From: a virus
Taxonomy: Duplodnaviria; Caudoviricetes
IMG/VR virus record: IMGVR_UViG_3300026039_000010
Span: 1-25,043 of that record
Strand: one strand, 5' to 3'
Length of the DNA: 25,043 nucleotides
In this document: positions 1 through 6,826 of the stretch, piece after piece
How positions within the stretch are numbered: the stretch's first letter is position 1
Layout of the letters: every line of letters begins with the position of its first letter
Notes under the pieces: model-generated
Databases searched by the model: none
Seen by the model: the letters and a program-made list of their open reading frames with translations, nothing else
What the model was told of the DNA's origin: nothing
Position numbers and translations under genes: made by a program

Positions 1-166
1 CCACCGCGCATAAAAATATCCTTAAATTGTCCGTTTCTTTTTTCCTTAAATTAAATTTGCAGGTTGGGGTTTGGGGGCTTGTTTTAGACATCAACGACAT
101 ACTTATAAAAGCAAATGCATGTCAAAATCGTGGAAACCTTAGATATAATATTGATTAAAGCCATTT

Positions 167-194
167 TTTAAACTGCTTAGGTAAGCAGTTTAAA
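167..194. promoter_or_regulatory. Perfect 13-bp inverted repeat (candidate operator or hairpin) upstream of the first ORF
   Basis: TTTAAACTGCTTA-gg-TAAGCAGTTTAAA; a TATAAT lies at 144-149. The repeat is certain, its function is inferred. Confidence 0.55.
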
Positions 195-221
195 TTTTGC
201 CCATAGAAGGGGCTTTAGAAG

Positions 222-770
222 GTGAAAAAATTGAATGATGATTTAATTAAGTTTTTGCTCGGGGAATCAAAAGCAGTGAATTTGGGCAGCGGCAATGTGA
301 TATCGGCGGAACATTACACCGATACTTGGTGGCAGATTATTTTAGCGAATGATGACGAAGAAGTTTTCCGGCTGAATTATAACCCGAAAACTAAACGGGA
401 CGAAAATAAAGCACCTCCAAAAAACACCGGTGGCAGGAAATCATATGCAATGTTGATGATGAAGGAACTCGACAAAATTATTAATGCTGATATTCCCCAT
501 AAGCTCGAAACAGTTGGTTTTATAACTTATATGTCAAGATTTGCGGAATGGGGAACTGGAAAAATAGTAAAAAAGCGAACTAAGCAGCCAATTAAATATG
601 AGGAAATGCTTGAAATATTATCTTTAGGACATAAGAAATTAAGTGATATTATAACAAATTTAAGGAGCCTAGACCTTCTGAAACATACTTCAGAAGGTTA
701 TTTTATATCCCCTATCATTGTTAAAAAAGGGAAAACAATTAAAAAGGAGGCCGATAGAGATGGCCATTAG
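222..770 (+). CDS. Putative winged-helix DNA-binding protein, RepL-like C-terminus
   Basis: 182 aa ORF; C-terminal IKYEEMLEILSLGHKKLSDIITNLRSLDLL...GYFISPIIVKKG resembles the HTH plus YxxNPxxxxKG ending of Firmicute RepL-type proteins. Confidence 0.5.
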   Translation: MKKLNDDLIKFLLGESKAVNLGSGNVISAEHYTDTWWQIILANDDEEVFRLNYNPKTKRDENKAPPKNTGGRKSYAMLMMKELDKIINADIPHKLETVGFITYMSRFAEWGTGKIVKKRTKQPIKYEEMLEILSLGHKKLSDIITNLRSLDLLKHTSEGYFISPIIVKKGKTIKKEADRDGH

Positions 771-1377
771 AATCGCGACTTATGTCAATGCTTTTGAAGG
801 CGTTTTAGGAATTAAATTTGATTCAAAGTGGAAAGAATTTGTTACCGAGCTTGAAAAAGAAGGCCACAAGGAAAAAAGTATTGCATATGCCATTTGGAGA
901 AGCCAAGACAAACTTAATTCTTTTAAAGGCGATCGACGCTTTTTGAGCATTTTAAAGAATGAAATCTGTAAATGGTCATGGTCACGAGATGATCCAAGGT
1001 GGAAGGAATATAATAAACGTAAGGCCGAACTTGCGGCAGCAGCAACAACACAATATGAGCTAGAACAAAAGGAAGCCGCCGAACACGAACGGCTTAAAAG
1101 AGGTTATGTTTATTTTATTCAAGGCGAGTCGGGCGGCGCTATAAAAATAGGCCATTCAAAAGATCCGGAATTAAGGCTTAAGACTTTGCAAACTGGTTAT
1201 CCCGATACCTTAAAAATTCTTTTGATTATACCCGGCAGCGAAAAAATGGAAGAAAAATTGCATGAAAAATTTAATGACATCAGGCTAAATGGTGAGTGGT
1301 TCAAACCTGATATAAAATTATTAAATGCAATAAATATATTAAAATGCAAGTTAGAGCAAAAAGGGAACCACAATTAA
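760..1377 (+). CDS. GIY-YIG superfamily nuclease (T5orf172/MUG113-like C-terminal domain) with unknown N-terminal domain
   Basis: GYVYFIQ...IKIGHSKDPELRLKTLQTG...E..LHEKF...RLNGEWF motif; start moved to ATG 760 behind AAGGAGG (744-750). Confidence 0.85.
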   Translation: MAIRIATYVNAFEGVLGIKFDSKWKEFVTELEKEGHKEKSIAYAIWRSQDKLNSFKGDRRFLSILKNEICKWSWSRDDPRWKEYNKRKAELAAAATTQYELEQKEAAEHERLKRGYVYFIQGESGGAIKIGHSKDPELRLKTLQTGYPDTLKILLIIPGSEKMEEKLHEKFNDIRLNGEWFKPDIKLLNAINILKCKLEQKGNHN

Positions 1378-1414
1378 TCAAACCAACCAAAAACAACCTT
1401 AAGGAGCTGATCAA

Positions 1415-1597
1415 ATGCCTACAAATTATTTAGAGTGTTTGGAAAAATTAGTTAGCGATATCAAATATGGAAAATATGAAATTGAAAATATAGAAATAAG
1501 TCGGGAGATTATTTCCGTACCTTCTTTCGATGAGTGGGAAACTTATGCGCCTGGTGATATAATTGATTGGCATATTAAGCTTAAAGTGGAAGTTTGA
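1415..1597 (+). CDS. Hypothetical phage protein (60 aa)
   Basis: AAGGAG RBS at 1401, ATG start, co-oriented. Confidence 0.7.
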   Translation: MPTNYLECLEKLVSDIKYGKYEIENIEISREIISVPSFDEWETYAPGDIIDWHIKLKVEV

Positions 1598-1635
1598 AAA
1601 ACAGGGAGAAAATATTAGGAGAGAGGCATTTCAAA

Positions 1636-1920
1636 ATGAATAGTATTATAAATTATTATCAAGGTGATAAAATAATAGTATCAAATATTATTATTTCATG
1701 TAATTGGAGCATAAAAACAATTGAAGATTATTTATTATCTTGGGAAGGAGAAATTTCCGGAGCAGCAATTATAAGTTGCGATAATACGGAGATTGTTTTC
1801 GAAAACTTCAAACAAAATACAGTAATAAAAGGTAATGTTTGTATTAGTAGTTATGAAATTGGTGAATCTTTGATAAGATGCTGTTTCCAAGGAAGCGACA
1901 AACCAGAAATAAAGTACTAA
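1636..1920 (+). CDS. Hypothetical protein (AT-rich)
   Basis: ORF track gives 1594..1920; ATG 1636 preferred because AGGAGAGAGG lies upstream. Confidence 0.6.
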   Translation: MNSIINYYQGDKIIVSNIIISCNWSIKTIEDYLLSWEGEISGAAIISCDNTEIVFENFKQNTVIKGNVCISSYEIGESLIRCCFQGSDKPEIKY

Positions 1921-1948
1921 AATCAACTGCTAAAAAGGAGGGTGCACT

Positions 1949-2158
1949 ATGGAACAGCAATTTTTTGAAAAGGGAATGACAATTCGTGAATTAAAAACAA
2001 TTGTTAAAGATTTACCAGAAATAGGAACCGACGGAGAACTATTAGAAGTTTGGATAGAAACCGGTCGTGAATTATCAAGTATAGTTACAAGTATGCATGC
2101 TTTGAATAGAAGAAATGATCGACATGATATTTTATTGAGCTCAGATGCTTTTGAATAA
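1949..2158 (+). CDS. Hypothetical phage protein (69 aa)
   Basis: AAGGAGG RBS, ATG start. Confidence 0.75.
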   Translation: MEQQFFEKGMTIRELKTIVKDLPEIGTDGELLEVWIETGRELSSIVTSMHALNRRNDRHDILLSSDAFE

Positions 2159-2180
2159 TTTATTTTTAATAGTCTAACTT

Positions 2181-2248
2181 TAGCCTTGCCGTGGGATTAT
2201 CCCAAAGCGGTAACTCTCCGCCGCTGGCAAGGCTATAAAATAGGAGAG
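2181..2248 (+). ncRNA. Candidate structured cis-regulatory RNA: three-way junction with a loop-to-SD pseudoknot
   Basis: P1 TAGCCTTGCC(2181-2190)/GGCAAGGCTA(2226-2235); P2 TGGGA-tta-TCCCA; P3 AGCGGT-aactctcc-GCCGCT; loop CTCTCC complementary to GGAGAG (2243-2248); GC-rich island in an AT-rich intergenic gap. Confidence 0.6.
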
Positions 2249-2267
2249 CTAAAAGGAGGGAAATCTG

Positions 2268-2510
2268 ATGAAATATCGCAGAAAGCCGGTTGTTGTCGAA
2301 GCGGAACAATGGTTCAAAGGTAAGAATATAGATGGGGTTGTTTGTAATCCCATAGGTAATCCGATGATTCCGGATTTTTATTATGTTAAAACTTCTAATG
2401 GATTCGTTGAAATACACGAAGGGGAATTTGTTATAACGGAAATTAATGGAGAAAAATATCCATGTAAACCTGACATATTTGAAAACACATATGAATTAAT
2501 TGAACAATGA
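2268..2510 (+). CDS. Conserved small phage protein (KYRxKPVVxEA...YPCKPDIFExTYE family), function unknown
   Basis: Characteristic N- and C-terminal motifs of a widespread phage hypothetical family; AAGGAGG RBS. Confidence 0.85.
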   Translation: MKYRRKPVVVEAEQWFKGKNIDGVVCNPIGNPMIPDFYYVKTSNGFVEIHEGEFVITEINGEKYPCKPDIFENTYELIEQ

Positions 2511-2528
2511 AATTTGGAGAGAAAAACC

Positions 2529-2775
2529 AAGGAGAGTGCATTTTATGAAAATTCCAAATTATTTTATAGTTAACAAACCATTTCATGATGGGAACAAATT
2601 TTATTATAATATTAAAATTAAATGGTGGGGATGGGCAGTTTTGATTTGGGGAAATTTTAATTTTAGTTTAAAAATTAAAAACATTGACATTTCTTTTCTG
2701 GCAAAGCCATTTGCGATTATTTTGTTTTACATAAAATGTTATAAAAAAATGTTAAAGGAGAGTGCATTTTATGAA
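2529..2775 (+). repeat. Perfect 21-bp direct repeat AAGGAGAGTGCATTTTATGAA at 2529-2549 and 2755-2775
   Basis: Read directly; each copy is the RBS plus ATG of consecutive genes. Confidence 0.95.
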
Positions 2776-2778
2776 TAA
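2545..2778 (+). CDS. Hypothetical protein, aromatic/hydrophobic, possibly membrane associated
   Basis: ATG 2545 behind AAGGAG; KWWGWAVLIWG and FLAKPFAIILFYI hydrophobic segments; very AT-rich. Confidence 0.65.
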   Translation: MKIPNYFIVNKPFHDGNKFYYNIKIKWWGWAVLIWGNFNFSLKIKNIDISFLAKPFAIILFYIKCYKKMLKESAFYE

Positions 2779-3034
2779 TTTTAGCGTTTACGAAACGTTA
2801 ACGCCGGAATTCGTCCAAGAAGCAGATTTACGCGAAATGATGCGGTCTATCAAAGGAGAAGGCAAATATCGGTTTACGGGCATCGGCATCCATACATGCC
2901 CGGGAACCATACAGCAAAAATATTGTGAAGAATTAGAAACGAGAGGATTGATATATCGGCAAATCGATGAGAAAGATCATATATTTTGGATGCCGGTAGA
3001 AGTTAAGGAGAACGGCAGTGATGTTAAATCCTGA
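2771..3034 (+). CDS. Hypothetical phage protein
   Basis: ATG 2771 behind AAGGAG; overlaps the previous stop. Confidence 0.7.
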   Translation: MNNFSVYETLTPEFVQEADLREMMRSIKGEGKYRFTGIGIHTCPGTIQQKYCEELETRGLIYRQIDEKDHIFWMPVEVKENGSDVKS

Positions 3035-3167
3035 AATTACTGAATCGGGTCCATTTTTATTGGGCGCTGATTTATCAACCTTAAAAAAGCCCGTCGTCGA
3101 AATGACAATTAATGACAATGGGAAAGTTATTGGCGTAAGAATTAAGGAGAGTGGCAATGATGAATAA
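3021..3167 (+). CDS. Small hypothetical protein (48 aa, MLNPEITESGPFLLGADLSTLKKPVVEMTINDNGKVIGVRIKESGNDE), not in ORF track
   Basis: Hand translated; AAGGAG RBS at 3005; fills the gap between neighbours and overlaps both. Confidence 0.65.
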   Translation: MLNPEITESGPFLLGADLSTLKKPVVEMTINDNGKVIGVRIKESGNDE

Positions 3168-3603
3168 ATATAAATTCGAATTTAATGTTGATAAAGGAGT
3201 TAAATATTGCAATTTAGTTAGGGATGGCGTAGAAATAAAAGGCATTGATGAAATGAATAATGCGTTATGGGTCAAATATGGGGATGTCAAAGGTCTGGAG
3301 CTACAAGTTGCGACGCTCACCGAGCAATTAAGCAAGATAGAGCGGAGACAAAGCAAACAGTTTAACATTAGTTATTGTGTCAGGGTTAAATTAACTGATT
3401 TAGGTAAAGACATTTATTATCACCAATACGATAAAACGAATGATTATTATGGCAGGCAAGTTATTGAACCATGTTATCCTACAATAGATAAAGAAGGATA
3501 TACTGAGTTTCAACTGTGGGAATTAATGAGATTATATGGAACGTATTGCAGCAACGGTTGCGGTTTACCTTTTGAGACAAATATAACGTTATGTGATTGT
3601 TAG
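3157..3603 (+). CDS. Hypothetical phage protein with short coiled coil and conserved C-terminal VRVKLTDLG...TEFQLWELMRLYG domain
   Basis: AAGGAG RBS at 3144; the C-terminal motif is typical of a phage hypothetical family; start could be 3157 or 3160. Confidence 0.75.
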   Translation: MMNKYKFEFNVDKGVKYCNLVRDGVEIKGIDEMNNALWVKYGDVKGLELQVATLTEQLSKIERRQSKQFNISYCVRVKLTDLGKDIYYHQYDKTNDYYGRQVIEPCYPTIDKEGYTEFQLWELMRLYGTYCSNGCGLPFETNITLCDC

Positions 3604-3615
3604 GAAGTGGTAAAA

Positions 3616-4161
3616 ATGCCCGGTGGTAGGCCAAGAAAACCAATAGCATTATTAAAGCAAGAGAAAAAGACACATTTGACCAAAAAACAGATCGCAGAGC
3701 GGGAAAAGTCCGAAGTTAAAACCGGCGATAAAATTTTAATCGCGCCGGATTATATCAGGAATGATCTTAATGCTTTCAAAAAATGGAACGAAATCCTTGA
3801 AATTTATAAAGATGTTGGCTTTGTAACTTCGGGAGACGCCGGTTTCCTTGCCCGGTACTGTCTTACCTATAGCGAATATTTGGGATTAGTAGAACGCAGG
3901 AACAAACTAAACTCGATGTATTCCAATTGGGACAAATACGAAGATGTTTTACCGGAAGATTTTCGGGATGCCATAGATGATCTTTTTAAATGTGATTATG
4001 AATTGCAATTAGAAAGCTCAATTAACAAAAAAATGGAATTGCTAATCAAAATGGAAGACCGTTCCTTCCTGAACCCGTTGGCTAAGGTTAAGGGGATACC
4101 GCAAAAACAAGAAGCTCCCAAACGAACCCCCTTGCAACAGCGTGGATTTGGTAATGTATAA
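3616..4161 (+). CDS. terS: Terminase small subunit, P27 family
   Basis: MPGGRPRKP...KTHLTKKQIAERE N-terminus, LARYC and FLNPLAK motifs; directly upstream of TerL. Confidence 0.9.
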   Translation: MPGGRPRKPIALLKQEKKTHLTKKQIAEREKSEVKTGDKILIAPDYIRNDLNAFKKWNEILEIYKDVGFVTSGDAGFLARYCLTYSEYLGLVERRNKLNSMYSNWDKYEDVLPEDFRDAIDDLFKCDYELQLESSINKKMELLIKMEDRSFLNPLAKVKGIPQKQEAPKRTPLQQRGFGNV

Positions 4162-4183
4162 AGGAGGGAGGTTACGATAATGT

Positions 4184-6001
4184 ATGAAAAAACGCAAAGA
4201 CCTAATTCTCGAAGAATTAACCGATTATTGTCATGATATCAAAGATAAAAAGATTATAGCCTGTCAAAAGTATATTTGGGCTTGCCAAAGATTTCTAAAT
4301 GATTTAGAACGGTCAGAAAACGGCGATATGCCTTATATATTTAATCCTCAGATATCGTTGACGACTGGGGACTATGACGAATATGGGAAGCCTATAATGG
4401 ACAAATTTTATCCAGTCGACAGATATCTTGAATGGATGTGTTTATTCAAACACAGCAAAGGGGAACTAGTCGGTCAACCGAAAATCCCTGTTATTTACGA
4501 AAAATTTGTGTATGGTAACATTTATGGATGGGTCAATAAGGACACCCATTTAAGACGGTTTAGAAGGTCATATGAGCAATTAAGCAGGAAAAATGCAAAA
4601 TCGCAGGACAAGGGAATCCAGGCGTTATATGAAATATCTGCTTTTGGCGAGCAAATGGCAGAAGCTTATGTGGCAGCAACAAAAAAAGCCGATACAAGAC
4701 ATGTTTGGGGCGAAGCCAAATGGCTTTATAACAATTCTGAGTATTTACGCGATAGTTTTACGTGCAAGTTTGAACAGGATTTAATGCAAGTCGTGATTCG
4801 TCATAAAAAGAGCGGGTCTTTTTTTATGCGGTTGTCCAAAGATGATAAAAAGACTGGTGATGGTACGTGTCCACAGTTTATGTGTCTCGATGAATATCAC
4901 CTGCACGAAACAACAGAATATTATGACATTGGCACTTCCGGTATGAAAACTCGAAAGCAACCGCTCTTATCAATTATTACAACTGCCGGGTTTGACCTGA
5001 GTCATCCGTGTTATGCAGTCGAGTATGAATATGTTTCTAAAATTCTTAACCCCAATATCGATGTTGAAAACGATAGATATTTTGTCGCTATTTGTGAAGC
5101 TGATTTAGACGAGAACGGGGAATTGGTAGATGCGATTGATAGTGAAGCAATCAGGTTAAAATCAAACCCGATCATCGGCGACACCGCAACCGGGAAAGAA
5201 TCAATTTTGATCGATTTGTCGGAAGCGCTAGACAAGCCCGAGAAAATGCGGGATGTCAAGACAAAAACCTTTAACATCTGGATAAACGAACGAACTGCCG
5301 GATACATGAATATGGAAAAATGGAAAGCTTGTGGCGCGATGACAGAAAATCCTTTTCCTGATGTTAAAGGAATGAAGTGTTTCCCCGGAATCGACCTTTC
5401 GGCAACTTTAGACTTAACAAGTACTGGTTTTGATATTCCTCTGGGTGAAGAAAGATATGCTTTGCTATCTCATTCGTTCATGCCGGAGGAAACTTACTTG
5501 AAAAGATTAAAAGAACGCAAAATTCCATTCGATCTATGGAAATCCCAAGGGTGGTTAACCATTACTGATGGGGCGGAAGTGGATTATCATGTTGTTTTAA
5601 AATATATTCTTGATATGTTTGAAAAATATCAATGGCCAAAAGATGAATTTTGTTTTGACCGAGCAATGGCAACATGGTTAAAACAAGAATTAGAAAGCAA
5701 TGGTTTCCCAAAACCGGTTGATATTTACCAAGGATATCGCGATCTAAGCGAACCAACCAAGGATTTAAGGGCAAAGGTTTACAGTGAGAAAGTAATGCAT
5801 GATAACAATCCGGTTTTAAACTGGGCCATGTCGAATGCCATTGTTCGGAAAAGTCCTAATGAATCAATCATGCTCGACAAGGAAAGAACCAAAGAAAAAA
5901 TCGACCCAGTGGCGGCTATTATTAACGCTCACAACCGCGCTATGGTTAACGAACCGGCTAAGAGATCTATCTATGAGGAAAGAACGTCATTTAGGCTATA
6001 G
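4184..6001 (+). CDS. terL: Terminase large subunit
   Basis: Walker A-like SRKNAKS, Walker B CLDEYH, coupling motif ITTAG, nuclease GIDLSATLDLT and KIDPVAA. Confidence 0.97.
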   Translation: MKKRKDLILEELTDYCHDIKDKKIIACQKYIWACQRFLNDLERSENGDMPYIFNPQISLTTGDYDEYGKPIMDKFYPVDRYLEWMCLFKHSKGELVGQPKIPVIYEKFVYGNIYGWVNKDTHLRRFRRSYEQLSRKNAKSQDKGIQALYEISAFGEQMAEAYVAATKKADTRHVWGEAKWLYNNSEYLRDSFTCKFEQDLMQVVIRHKKSGSFFMRLSKDDKKTGDGTCPQFMCLDEYHLHETTEYYDIGTSGMKTRKQPLLSIITTAGFDLSHPCYAVEYEYVSKILNPNIDVENDRYFVAICEADLDENGELVDAIDSEAIRLKSNPIIGDTATGKESILIDLSEALDKPEKMRDVKTKTFNIWINERTAGYMNMEKWKACGAMTENPFPDVKGMKCFPGIDLSATLDLTSTGFDIPLGEERYALLSHSFMPEETYLKRLKERKIPFDLWKSQGWLTITDGAEVDYHVVLKYILDMFEKYQWPKDEFCFDRAMATWLKQELESNGFPKPVDIYQGYRDLSEPTKDLRAKVYSEKVMHDNNPVLNWAMSNAIVRKSPNESIMLDKERTKEKIDPVAAIINAHNRAMVNEPAKRSIYEERTSFRL

Positions 6002-6013
6002 GAGGGCAAAATT

Positions 6014-6298
6014 ATGAATTGTATTGCGGGAATAATTGTTCCGGGAACGATTTTTATTATTTTAATTGCTGCGGCTATATGTTGGTCGACTTTTTTGAAA
6101 GAGGATGAGTTATACGAGGTTAAGCGACCCGACGAACTTCCTAAACATCATTGCCCTAAATGTGATCGCATTTTAATCCCGCTTCCACCGAACCCGAAAG
6201 GCGAATTTCAATGTATGCATTGCCATACTTATTATCATTTAAAATCAGGAGGTTCCGAATGCAAGACTTCCGCTGCGCCAAATGTAACAAAAAACTAG
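6014..6298 (+). CDS. Small protein with N-terminal transmembrane helix and Cys4 zinc ribbon
   Basis: GIIVPGTIFIILIAAAICW hydrophobic run; CPKC...CMHC; GGAGG RBS. Confidence 0.7.
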   Translation: MNCIAGIIVPGTIFIILIAAAICWSTFLKEDELYEVKRPDELPKHHCPKCDRILIPLPPNPKGEFQCMHCHTYYHLKSGGSECKTSAAPNVTKN

Positions 6299-6399
6299 CC
6301 GAGTATGAGGGGAATGTTAAACTAAGCATCAAATGTCCGCGATGTGGGTCATTAAATTTAAAGGAGGAATCACAAGATGATCAAAACCGATCAATATGA
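6259..6399 (+). CDS. com: Mu Com-family zinc-ribbon RNA/DNA-binding regulator (46 aa)
   Basis: MQDFRCAKCNKKLAE...LSIKCPRCGSLN matches the Com pattern RCxxCxKxL...IKCPRCxxxN; AGGAGG at 6247-6252 before ATG 6259. Confidence 0.85.
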   Translation: MQDFRCAKCNKKLAEYEGNVKLSIKCPRCGSLNLKEESQDDQNRSI

Positions 6400-6535
6400 A
6401 TTAATGTGGATAGAATTAAAAGAAATGCTTCAAGAAATTAGAATATATGGAAACTGCGTTCAATATGGAATTTGCAGTGGTCTTATCGAAAAAATGGAAG
6501 AAATCGAAGAAAAGCATAAAGAGCCAAACGAATAA
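6377..6535 (+). CDS. Small hypothetical protein (52 aa, MIKTDQYELMWIELKEMLQE...KHKEPNE), not in ORF track
   Basis: Hand translated; AAGGAGG RBS at 6361. Confidence 0.7.
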   Translation: MIKTDQYELMWIELKEMLQEIRIYGNCVQYGICSGLIEKMEEIEEKHKEPNE

Positions 6536-6547
6536 AGGAGGCACAAG

Positions 6548-6754
6548 ATGACCGAGAAAGAGGAAGCTCTATTAAAAGAGTACTTTGAAATAAATTTTTC
6601 TGACGTATTATCGATTTATAGAGGATATGAAAACATATCCGATTCCGGTAGAAAATATGTTTATGATTCTTTTGGCTTCAAATGGTATGTGTTACATTGT
6701 TACTGTCGAGAACTGAAAACGCAAATTGTAGATGCTTTAAAATTTTGGAAATAA
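6548..6754 (+). CDS. Hypothetical protein (68 aa)
   Basis: AAGGAGG RBS, ATG start. Confidence 0.7.
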   Translation: MTEKEEALLKEYFEINFSDVLSIYRGYENISDSGRKYVYDSFGFKWYVLHCYCRELKTQIVDALKFWK

Positions 6755-6761
6755 ATATTTA

Positions 6762-6777
6762 GAGGCTCCAGAAGCCC
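6762..6777 (+). promoter_or_regulatory. Candidate Com-binding RNA site / antiterminator hairpin GAGGCTCCAGAAGCCC
   Basis: GGCT-ccaga-AGCC mini-hairpin with bipartite GARNNYC repeats; overlaps the 5' arm of the downstream terminator. Confidence 0.5.
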
Positions 6778-6803
6778 ACTCCTTAACCGGGGTGGGCTTT
6801 TTT
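6772..6803 (+). terminator. Intrinsic terminator between the terminase/Com block and the portal block
   Basis: AAGCCCACTCC-ttaacc-GGGGTGGGCTT stem running into a T-tract (TTTTTTGTTGTTTT). Confidence 0.8.
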
Positions 6804-6826
6804 GTTGTTTTAAAGGAGGTTTTACC

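Noticed and set aside
119-149. Sigma-A promoter using TATAAT at 144-149
   Set aside because: No convincing -35 at 16-18 bp spacing (GTCAAA/TGTCAA); TATAAT is common in AT-rich DNA, so it was not called as a feature
2181-2235. Hammerhead ribozyme, tRNA or simple terminator as identity of the three-way junction
   Set aside because: Lacks the CUGANGA/GAAA hammerhead core, has no tRNA D/T loops, and has no 3' T-tract on the + strand
2166-2417. Minus-strand 83-aa ORF across the structured RNA
   Set aside because: Antisense to a recognisable conserved + strand gene, with no RBS and no motif
4345-4420. Possible intein or intron remnant in TerL (ISLTTGDYDEYGKPIMDKFYP extra segment)
   Set aside because: Only about 20 aa, with no Cys/Ser...His-Asn splice motifs and an intact frame; likely a surface loop
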